The notes under the pieces: generated by a model
Told to the model about the DNA's origin: nothing
Database searches by the model: none
What the model saw: the letters and a program-made list of their open reading frames with translations, nothing else
Shown: piece by piece, positions 38,313-48,244 of the stretch
Position numbering within the stretch: position 1 is the stretch's first letter
How the letters are laid out: each line of letters begins with the position of its first letter
Position numbers and translations under genes: made by a program
DNA from: Mobula hypostoma
Taxonomy: Eukaryota
Direction: 5' to 3'
NCBI RefSeq assembly: GCF_963921235.1
Contig: NC_086108.1
Location: 117,926,001-117,990,000, forward strand
DNA: 64,000 nucleotides

Positions 38313-41300
38313 GTAGAACAGTACAGCACAGTACAGGCTCTTCAGCCCAGAATGTTGTGCCGACCCTTAAACCCTGCCTCCCCACCTTAAATTCCTCCAT
38401 ATACTTGTCTAGAGGTCTCCTAAATTTCACTAGTGTATCTGCCTCCACCACTGACTCAGGCAGTGCATTCCACGCACCAACCACTCTCTGAGTAAAAAAC
38501 CTTCCTCTAATATCCCCCTTGAACTTCCCAACCCCCACCTTAAAGCCATGTCCTCTTGTATTGAGCCCTGGTGCCCTGGGGAAGAGGCGCTGGCTGTCCG
38601 CTTTATCTATTCCTCTCAATATTTTGTACACCTCTATCATGTCTTCCCTCATCCTCCTTCTCTCCAGAGAGTAAAGGCCTAGCTCCCTTAATCTCTGATC
38701 ATAATGCATACTCACTAAATCAGGCAGCATCCTGGTAAATCTCCTCTGTACCCTTTCCAATGCTTCCACATCCTTCTTATAGTGAGGCGACCAGAACTGG
38801 ACACAGTACTCCAAGTGTGACCGAACCAGAGTTTTATAGAGTTGCATCATTACCCCGCGACTCTTAAACTCTATTCCTCCACTTATGAAAGCTAACACTC
38901 CATAAGCTTTCTTAACTACCCTATCTACCTGTGAGGCAATGTTCAGGGACCTGTGGACATGTACCCCCAGAACCCTCTGCTCCTCCACACTACCAAGTAT
39001 CCTGCCATTTACTTTGTACTCTGCCTTGGAGTTTATCCTTCCAAAGTGTACCACCTCACACTTCTCCGAGTTGAACTCCATCTGCCACTTCTCAACCCAC
39101 ACCTGCATCTTGTCAATGTCTCTCTGCAATCTTCGACAATCCTCTACACTATCCACAACACCACCAACCTTTGTGTCGTCTGCAAACTTGCCAACCCACC
39201 CTTCTACACTGAGATCCAGGTCTTTAATAAAAATCACAGAAAGGAGAGGTCCCAGAACCGATCCTTGTGTGACACCACTCATCACAACCCTCTAATCTGA
39301 ATGTACTCCCTCCACCACCACCCTCTGCTTTCTGCAGGCAAGCCAATTCTGAATCCACCTGGCCAAACTTCCCTGGATCCCATGCCTTCTGACTTTCTGA
39401 ATAAGCCTATCGTGTGGAACCTTGTCAAATGCCTTAGTAAAATCCATATAGATCACATCCACTGCACCACCCTCATCTATATGCCTGGTCACCTCCTTAA
39501 AGTACTCTATCAGGCTTGTTAGACACGATCTGCCCTTCACAAAGCCATGCTGACTGTCCCTGATCAGACCATGATTCTCTAAATGCCTATAGATCCTATC
39601 TCTAAGAATCTTTTCCAACAGCTTTCCCACCACAGACGTAAGGCTCACTGGTCTATAATTACCCGGACTATCCCTACTACCTTTTTTGAACAAGGGGACA
39701 ACATTCGACTCCTTCCAATCCTCCGGTACCATTCCTGTGGACGATGAGGTCATAAAGATCCTAGCCAGAGGCCCAGCAATCTCTTCCCTCGTCTTGTGGA
39801 GCAGCCTGGGGAATATTCCGTCAGGCCCCGGGGACTTATTTGTCCTAATGTATTTTAACAATTCCAACACCTCCTCTCCCTTAATATCAACATGCTGCAG
39901 AACATCAACCTCACTCATATTGTCCCCGTCAACAAGTTCCCTCTCAATGGTGAATACCGAAGAGAAGTATTCATTGAGGACCTTGCTCACTTCCACTGCC
40001 TCCAGGCACATCTTCCCATCTTTATCTCTAATCGGTCCTATCTTCACTCCTGTCATCCTTTTTTTCTTCACATAATTGAAGAATGCCTTGGGGTTTTCCT
40101 TTACCCTACTCACCAAGGCCTTCTCATGCCCCCTTCTTGCTCTTCTCAGCCCCTTCTTAAGCTCCTTTCTTGCTTCCCTATATTCCTCAATAGACCCATC
40201 TGATCCTTGCTTCCTAAACCTCATGTGTGCTGCCTTCTTCCTCCTGACTAGATTTTCCACCTCACTTGTCACCCATGGTTCCTTCACCCTACCATTCTTT
40301 ATCTTCCTCACCGGGACAAATTTATCCCCAACATCCTGCGAGAGATCTCTAAACATCGACCACATGTCCATAGTACATTTCCCTGCAAAAACATCATCCC
40401 ATTTCACACCCGCAAGTTCTAGCCTTATAGCCTCATAACTGGCCCTTCCCCAATTAAAAATTTTCCTGTCCTCTCTGATTCTATCCTTTTCCATGATAAT
40501 GCTAAAGGCCAGGGAGTGGTGGTCACTGTCCACCAGATGCTCACCCACTGAGAGATCTGTGACTTAACCCGGTTCTTTACCTAATACTAGATCTAGTATG
40601 GCATTCCCCCTAGTCGGCCTGTCAACATCCTGGACACACTTAACAAACTCTGCCCCGTCTAAACCATTGGAACTAATCAGGTGCCAATCAATATTAGGGA
40701 AGTTAAAGTCACCCATGATAACAACCCTGTTATTTTTGCACCTTTCCAAAATCTGCCTCCCAATCTGCTCCTCTGTATCTCTGCTGCTACCAGGGGGCCT
40801 ATAGCATACTCCCAATAGAGTAACTGCTCCCTTCCTGTTCCTGACTTCCACCCATATTGACTCAAAAGAGGATCCTGCTACATTATCCACCCTTTCCATA
40901 GCTGTAATAGTATCCCTGACCAGTAATGCCACCCCTCCTCCCCTTCCTCCCTCTCTATCCCTTTAAAAACACTGAAATCCAGGAATATTGAGCATCCATT
41001 CCTGCTCTGGTGCCAGCCAAGTCTCTGTAATGGCCACTACATCATAATTCCATGTATGTATCCAAGCTCTCAGTTCATCACCTTTGTTCCTGATGCTTCT
41101 TGCATTGAGGTACACACACTTTAGCCCTTCTACCTTCCTACCTTTACACCCTTTATTCTGCTTCTCTTTCCTCAAAATCTTTTTATATGTTAGATCTGGC
41201 TTTACTCCATTCACTATACTTGCAGTTCTCGCATGACCTTTATCCTCCTCCACCTCACTATCTGCTCTAACACTCTGGTTCCCCTCCCCCTGCAAATCTA

Positions 41301-42182
41301 GTTTAAACCCCCTGAACAGAACTAGCAAACCTTCCCGCAAGGATGTTGGTCCCCCTCTAGTTCAGGTGCATCCCGTCCCATCGGAACAGGTCCCACCTTC
41401 CCTGGAACAAGGCCCAATTGTCCAGAAACATGAAGCCCTCCCTCCTGCACCAACTCCTTAGCCACGTATTTAGCTGCATTATCTTCCTATTTCTAGCCTC
41501 ACTAGCATGTGGCACTGGTAGCGATCCTGAGATTGCAACCCTGGAGGTCCTGTCCTTCAACTTTGCACCTAACTCCCTAAATTCTCTTTGCAGGACCTCC
41601 TCTTTCTCCTATCCATGTCATTCGTCCCTACATGGACAATGACATCTGGCTGCTCACCCTCCCTCCTGAGAATATTGAGAACTTGATCTGAGATATTGCG
41701 GACCCTGGCACCAGGGAGGCAACAGACCATCCGGGATTCTCGATCTCTCCCACAGAACCTCTTATCTGTCTCTCTATCGAATCCCCTATCACTACTGCTC
41801 TCCTCTTTTCCCTCATTCCCTTCTGAACTGAGGGTCCAGTCTCAGTGCCAGAGACACGATCACTCCAACTTGTCCCTGGTAGGTCGTCCCCACCAACAGT
41901 ATCCAAAACAGTATACTTATTGTTGATGGGAACAGCCACAGGGGTGCTCTGCTCATTCTGTCTATTCCCCTTCCCTCTCCTGACAGTCACCCAGCTAACT
42001 GCCTCCTAACTTTTAGGGGTGACTATCTCCCTGTAACTCCTGTTTATTTCTGCCTCTGCCTCACGAATGATCCGAAGTTCATCCAGCTCCAGCTCCAGTT
42101 CCCTAACTCAGTTTGTCAGGAGCTGCAGCTGGATGCACCTTTTACAGATGTAGTCATCAGGGACAATTGTGCTCACCCTGAC
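38313..42182 (-). mobile_element. Best-preserved CR1 LINE (most of ORF1 SGNH esterase, ORF2 EN+RT, 3'UTR); several frameshifts and stops
   Basis: ORFs of 418 aa (39292-40548) and 374 aa (38161-39285); VVIGDS and WDGMHLN esterase motifs. Confidence 0.96.
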
Positions 42183-42232
42183 TTACCATTAATACTATAT
42201 TGTGCCATCATATTTGACCTGCCAAAATGAAC

Positions 42233-43625
42233 AATGAGGAGGCCACTTATGGACATATCTGAATGGGAATGGGAAGCAGAGTTGAAGTGGGTAGCTACAG
42301 GGAGATTCTGTCTGTTGTGACGGATGGAGCGGACGTGCTTGACGAAGCGGTCCCCCAATCTGCGTGGGGTTTCACTGATGTAGAGGAGGCCGCACCGGGA
42401 GCACCGGATGCAATAGATGACCCCAGCAGACTCACAAGTGAAGTGTTGCCTCACCTGGAAGGACCGTTTGGGGCCCTGAATGGTGGCAAGAGAGGAGGTG
42501 TAGGGACAGGTGTAGCACTTACGCTTACAAGGATAAGTGACAGGTGGGAGATCTGTGGGGAGGGACATGTGGATTAGGAAGTCGCGGAGGGACCGATCCC
42601 TGTGGAAAGCAGAGAGGGGTGGAGAGGGAAAGATGTGCTTAGTGGTGGGATCCTGTTGAAGGTGGTGGAAGTTGCAGAGGATAACATGCTGGATCCGGAG
42701 GCTGGTGGGGTGGTAGGTGAGGACAAGGGGAACTCTGTCCCTGTTGTGGTGGCGGGAGGATGGGGTGCGGGCCGAAGTGCGGGAAATGGAAGAGATGCGG
42801 GTGAGAGCATCATTGATGACGGCAGAAGGGAAACCACAATCCTTAAAGAAAGAGGACATTTGAGATGTCCTGGAACGGAAAGCCTCATCCTGGGAGCAGA
42901 TGCAGCGGAGAAGGAGGAACTGGGAATAGGGAATGGCATTTTTGCATGTGGCGGGGTGGGAAGAGGTATAGTCGAGGTAGTTATGAGAGTCAGTGGGCTT
43001 GTAGAAACGTCAGTGGACAGTCTGTCTCCAGAGATGGAGACTGAAAGATCGAGAAAGGGGAGAGAAGTGTCCGAGATAGACCAAGTGTATTTGAGGGCTG
43101 GGTGGAAGTTAGAAGTAAAGTCGATGAAATTAACAAGCTCAGCATGGGTGCAGGAAGCAGCACCAATGTTGTCATCAATGTACCGAAGGATAAGTTGGGG
43201 AGCAGTACCAGAATAGGTTTGGAGCACAGATTGTTCCACATAACCAACGAAGGGGCAGGCATAGCTGGGGCCCATGCGAGTTCCCACAGCTACACCCTTA
43301 GTCTGAAGCAAGTGGGAAGAGCCAAAAGAGAAGTTATTAGGTGTGAGAACCAGTTCCACCAGCTGGAGGAGGGTAGTGGTGGTGGGGAACTGGTGAGGTC
43401 TATTATCTAGCGGGGGGGCTTTGAGGCCTTCTTGATGGGGAATGGAGGTGTATAAGGATTGGACATCCACAGTGAAAATGAAGCGGTCTGGACCGGGGAA
43501 CTGGAAGTTATTGAAGAGGTGGAGGGCATGGGATGTATCCCGGATGTAGGTGCGGAGGGACTGAACTATGGGTGACAAAATGGAGTCCAGGTAGGCAGAT
43601 ACAAGTTCGTTGGGACAGGAGCAAG
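42233..43625 (-). mobile_element. Penelope-like element, RT + GIY-YIG fragment
   Basis: DVQSLYTSIP, KGVAVGTRMGPSYA, RYIDD, GVIYCIRC; closely similar to 16340-17570. Confidence 0.93.
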
Positions 43626-43669
43626 CAGAGTTTGGCCCATTACATCTGTTCCACCATTTCATCATGGCT

Positions 43670-44160
43670 GAAGCTGGATGCACCTCTCACAGTTGTAGTT
43701 GTCAGGGACACTGACCCTAACTGTAAAATAACCTTGAGCTCTTATTATTCTTTTGCTTTCTCAGACTGAAGGCTCTCTTCGTTGAAGCCTCGAAGAGCTA
43801 AAGCCTCAGGATCACCACGCTCACACTGTCCACTCAGACGATGGCCACTGCAATGATGGTCCCTGCCTTCTTTTAATTTGTTCTTGCCAATCAATTCCAA
43901 ATGCAGATTGGTCGCTGGTTAAAGCCTTTTCTTTCTGTAGTGACCCACGGCTGGCCTTTCTTTTAGGAGAGTGGACTTGAGTGAAATCCCTTCCTCTCAA
44001 AACAGCTGTCCAGAATGGTCATTGGTTAAAGCTCTTTTTCACTCTAGCCACCCACTGCTGGCTTTTCTACTTGGGCAGTGGACCTGAGTGAAATCCCCTC
44101 CTCTCAAACTTCCCATGTCCTGATTGGTCGCACGTTAAAACTTGCTTGCTGGCTTTTCAG
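43670..44160 (-). mobile_element. CR1 5'UTR/ORF1 start with ~115-bp internal tandem repeats
   Basis: Similar to 62150-62460; repeated attggtc...aaagc...agtgga.ttgagtgaaatccc.tcctctcaaa. Confidence 0.65.
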
Positions 44161-44315
44161 GAGTTAATAAATTGCGTATGTTTTAGCACCCATTAAGTTA
44201 AGAAGTGTGGAGACTTTCTTTTCCTCAATCACGTCATTAGCATTCCAAAACAGTTCAACCTTCTCGATATACAGTCCTTGTGAGCACGATCAAGTTCGGC
44301 AACTTTCCCGACTAT

Positions 44316-45715
44316 GGCTATGTCCACACTAGACCAGATAAATCCGTAACCGAAGCCTTTTCTCTTCGTTTTGACCCTCCATCCACACGGAAACGGCGTT
44401 TTCCTCCCCCGATACGGAGCTTTTCTAAAACGCTGTCCAGAGTTTAAATCTGAAAACGCCAGGTGGATGGTGTAGTGTGTACGGGTAACCAGAGCTTTTT
44501 AAAAATACTGTCATGACGTGCTGGAACAGATAGTAGCGACAGCGCAGCATTTCAGTGTTTTCTTGAACACAACCTCCAACACCACAACAACAATATCTGA
44601 CAATAGATGTGTAATAGCCTAATGTAACATTGTATGGAAATACAAGATATCACTGATGCAGACATGTTTTATACATTTAACAAGGTGCTTTATTAATGTA
44701 TTGCTTGTGCAAACATTCAATAGATGCAATTGTCACGACTTCCAAAATGTTATTTTAAGTATATGTTTGGCATAGACGTGAAAATGTTAAGGCCTAAAAA
44801 GGAAAATTGTAGGTTTCACTTTTACTCAGGTAAAAATAAAATCACTTTTGCCCAGTAACCTGTTTTATTGCACATGTTTAATACAGAAAGACATGGTAAA
44901 AGTAAAGGCAAACAAATGAGGTAACAGCAAATTTCACTTTTGCCCAGTAACAAACCTTATTGCATTTAGTTGTAGCTGTCGTCCCTTTCATTGGTGAAGA
45001 GACTATGGCTGTAGGAAATGCTTCCGGGATGACCCCTCTGTGGGAGTGGGGAAAATGTTGGTTGGGCCACCCGGGGGTCTGTGTGTCCATATGTGTAGCT
45101 GTTGTAGTGGCTGTGAGGCTGGTATTGTGGTGGTGAAAAGTACTGGGGGGGAGCCATCATATTCCTCAACATTGCAAATCTCTCTGCAACAGAGTTAGTC
45201 AGTTTTCCAATGTTTGTCGTCAGCCGGGTCATACTGTCCGTGAACTCCCTGTTGGTTGCCTCCACACGCTCCAGTATTTGTTTTTTTTAGTTTTAAGTCC
45301 TCCTGTGCGAGATCCAACATTTCATCATTTGGCAATTTCCTTTTAAGTTTTTCTAGTCTGTAACTGGACAAACGCGCACCAAGTATACCGTTTCCTCTTC
45401 ACAAAATGCTGGTGGAACGCAGCAGGCCAGGCAGCATCTATAGGAAGAAGTACAGTCGATGTTTCAGGCCAAAGCCCTTCGTCTGTACTTCTTCATATAG
45501 ATGCTGTGTTCCACCAGCATTTTGTGTGTGTTGCTTGATTTCTTTGTGTTTGCATTTCCTCTTCACTTGTTTTCTGTAGATGTGTGCTGTGCAATGTCCA
45601 GTAGGAGGAGATTAATATGGACGGAGGTATTTTCAAAAATGCCTGGTGTGGACACCTGTCGTTTTTACGCAGAACCGGTGTTTTCAAAATTATCCAGTCC
45701 AGTGTGGACGTAGTG
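44316..45715 (-). mobile_element. Non-autonomous PIF/Harbinger transposon with a remnant of the second (Myb/SANT-type) ORF
   Basis: TIRs ggctatgtccacactagaccagataa ... ttatccagtccagtgtggacgtagtg; 3-bp flanks tat/taa (imperfect); ORF 44966-45265 MEATNREFTDSMTRLTTNIGKLTNSV. Confidence 0.78.
45403..45554 (+). mobile_element. Penelope pseudo-LTR-derived palindrome inside the Harbinger element
   Basis: aaaatgctggtggaac ... gttccaccagcatttt inverted arms; 12-bp TSD tttcctcttcac (45391-45402, 45555-45566). Confidence 0.85.
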
Positions 45716-46166
45716 TAAGGCCATTGCCACATTATTCTCACTTTAACTGCACCTCTCACTGTAGACTGTGCACTGTCACTCACGCATCATTGTGCTAGTA
45801 TCCGCGACTGCCTTCTCTGTGGCCAGTATTCTTTTCCATAGATATAGCCTGGCCTGCTGAGTTCCTCCAGCATTTTGTGGTGTTTCTCTGTACTAGTTCA
45901 TTCTTTCCTCTCGCTGTCTCTCCTTTCCTCTGAGCTCTGTCATCTCGTAACTGTCGATACAGTTGGTGATATTTGCTGACATTCAGGTTTGTACTCATTG
46001 CCAATTTGTTGTTTCTGTACAACTACATATCAAGTAAATGACGGCATGCAGTCAGAGGTGAAGTTATCTTGTATATTCACTTTGCAGAGAGACCAACAAA
46101 TCAATGTGCATGAGTAAATTGTCAATCAATAATTAGTGCTAAGGGGAAGTCATTGCGCTAAAAGAA

Positions 46167-46457
46167 ATAGATCTGAGTTCCTTTGTGACACACTCTCATG
46201 TTTCATGCGAAGGACAGAGAGTTGGTGTGTTAACTAGATCTGTGTTTATATGTGACTCACTCCCAGGGTTGGTGGAATAGACAGGGGGTTGGTGTATGTG
46301 CTGGATCTGTGTTTCTCTGTGACTCACTCCAAGGATTGGTGGGTAGCCAGGGGTTTAGTGTCTTCACTAGATCTGTGTTCCTATGTGACTCACTGCCACG
46401 GTTGGTGAAATGGACAGCTGGCTGGTGTTTTTACTAGATCTATGTTCCTATGTGACT
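46167..46457. repeat. ~67-bp tandem repeat (four copies plus a partial fifth) directly upstream of exon D
   Basis: Units start at 46167, 46234, 46301, 46367 and 46434 with ctagatctgtgtt...tgtgactcac. Confidence 0.88.
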
Positions 46458-46475
46458 GTTACAATCTCTTGGCAG

Positions 46476-46563
46476 CTACAACAATGAAGTGAAACACATT
46501 AAGATTATTTCTGAAGATTCATCCTTCTACATCGCACAGAACAAGAGATTCCGTACATTAAAG
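46476..46563 (+). CDS. VAV3: VAV3-like exon D, SH2 betaD-betaF
   Basis: tctcttggcag|C acceptor and AAG|gtgagt donor; 88 bp; encodes YNNEVKHIKIISEDSSFYIAQNKRFRTLK, including the Vav KHIKI motif. Confidence 0.94.
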
Positions 46564-47648
46564 GTGAGTGACCCTCATCCTGAGAGATGAAGGCTCTGAG
46601 CTCCACTTGCAAAGCTCGGTATTGGCCATCGTTGACTGTGCTTGTGAACATGATGTTGAGCACCCTTCTTGAACTGCTGAAATGCTTTTGCTCCAAGTGT
46701 AGACCCAGTGACAATGAAGGAACAGAGATATATTTCCAAATTCAGATGTTGTTTCCTGGGAGAGTGGAGGCGTGGGGGGGGGGGCACGGGTGGAGCTTGC
46801 AGTTAGAAACATAGAAAATTTACAGCACAATACAGGCCGTTTGGCCCACAAAGTTGTGCCGAACATGTCCCTACCTTAGAAATTACTAGACTTCCCTATA
46901 CCCTCTATTTTTCTATGCTCCATGTACCTCTCTAAAAGTCTCTTAAAAGATCCTATCGTATCTGCCTCCACCAGCATTGCCGGCAGCCCATTCCACACAC
47001 TCACCAATCTCTGAGTAAAAAACTTACCGCGAGATCTCGTCTGTACCTACTCCCCAGCACCTTAAACCTGTGTCCTCTTGTGGCAACCATTTCAGCCCTA
47101 GGAAAAAGCCTCTGACTATCCACATGATCAATGCTTCTCATCATCTTATACATCTCTATCAGGTCACCTCTCATCCTCCATCGCTCCAAGGAGAAAAGGC
47201 CGAGTTCACTCAACCTATTCTCATAAGGCATGCTCTCCAATCCAGGCAACATCCTTGTAAATCTCCTCTGCACCCTTTCTATGGTTTCCACATCCTTCCT
47301 GTAGTGAGGCGACCAGAATTGAGCACAGTACTCCAAGTGGGCTCTGACCAGGGTCCTATATAGCTGCAACATTACCTCTCGGCTCCTAAATTCAATTCCA
47401 TGATTAATGAAGGCCAATACACCGTACGCCTTCTTAACCACAGAGTCAACCTGCGCAGCTGCTTTGAGCGTCCTATGGACTCGGACTCCAAGATCCCTCT
47501 GATCCTCCACACTGCCAAGAATCTTACCATTAATACTATATTCTGCCATCCCATTTGATCTACCAAAATGAACCACTTCACACCTACAACACACATCAAA
47601 GTTGCTGGTGAACGCAGCAGGCCAGGCAGCATCTCTAGGAAGAGGTGC

Positions 47649-47684
47649 AGTCGACGTTTCAGGCTGAGACCCTTCGTCAGGACT
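47649..47684 (-). ncRNA. Minimal type I hammerhead ribozyme motif (antisense arm)
   Basis: Minus strand reads agtc-CTGACGA-agggtctcagcct-GAAA-cg-TC-gact. Confidence 0.72.
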
Positions 47685-47710
47685 AACTGAAGGAAACTCT
47701 TCCTTCAGTT

Positions 47711-47746
47711 AGTCCTGACGAAGGGTCTCGGCCTGAAACGTCGACT
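47711..47746 (+). ncRNA. Minimal type I hammerhead ribozyme motif
   Basis: agtc-CTGACGA-agggtctcggcct-GAAA-cg-TC-gact: stem I agtc/gact, short stem II, palindromic ACGT in place of stem III; predicted cleavage after C47742. Confidence 0.75.
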
Positions 47747-47986
47747 GCACCTTTTCCTAGAGATGCTGCCTGGCCTGCTGCGTTCACCAGCAACTTTGAT
47801 GTGTGTTGCTTGAATTTCCAGCATCTGCAGAATTCCTGTTGTTTGCACTTCACACTTATCTGGGTTGAACTCCATCTGCCACTTCTCAGCCCAGTTTTGC
47901 ATCCTATCAATGTTCAGCTGTAACCTCTGATAGCCCTCCACACTATCCACAACACCTCCAACCTTTGTGTCATCAGCAAACCTACT

Positions 47987-48244
47987 GGCTGACTGCTGGC
48001 ACAATGGCATCAGTGCTGGACTCCAGAACGAAGGCTGCCGAGTTCGGTCCATGTTGGGCCACCCCCAAGCACGCTTTCCATCCATGCCGGGTTGAGCGTC
48101 AAGCCAGCCACTCGGCCTCGTAAAATAAAAAGGGTCAAGTCAGCAATGTTCATATCATGACCCGGTTAATCTGAAAGGAGACCAATCCTGACACCACGCG
48201 CCAGATAAGAATGGCTGACTGTCTGGTGCGACCCGCTTAAAAAA
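47987..48244 (+). mobile_element. Complete tRNA-derived SINE (258 bp), family not recognised
   Basis: A box tggcacaatgg, B-box-like gagttcggtcc, oligo(A) end, 12-bp TSD agcaaac(c/t)tact (47975-47986, 48245-48256). Confidence 0.8.

Larger units (their letters stand above)
47584..47845 (+). mobile_element. Young Penelope-derived palindromic element (109-bp arms)
   Basis: Arms 47587-47695 and 47700-47808 with two mismatches by eye; TSD cacttcacac (47574-47583, 47846-47855); the right arm nearly equals the Penelope 3' end at 60843-60955. Confidence 0.93.

Noticed and set aside
38161..42182. Active or domesticated CR1
   Set aside because: ORF2 is broken into at least four frames with a stop near 39292, ORF1 is frameshifted and the 5' end is missing.
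47987..48065. tRNA gene
   Set aside because: No complete cloverleaf; it continues into a SINE body with an oligo(A) end and TSD.
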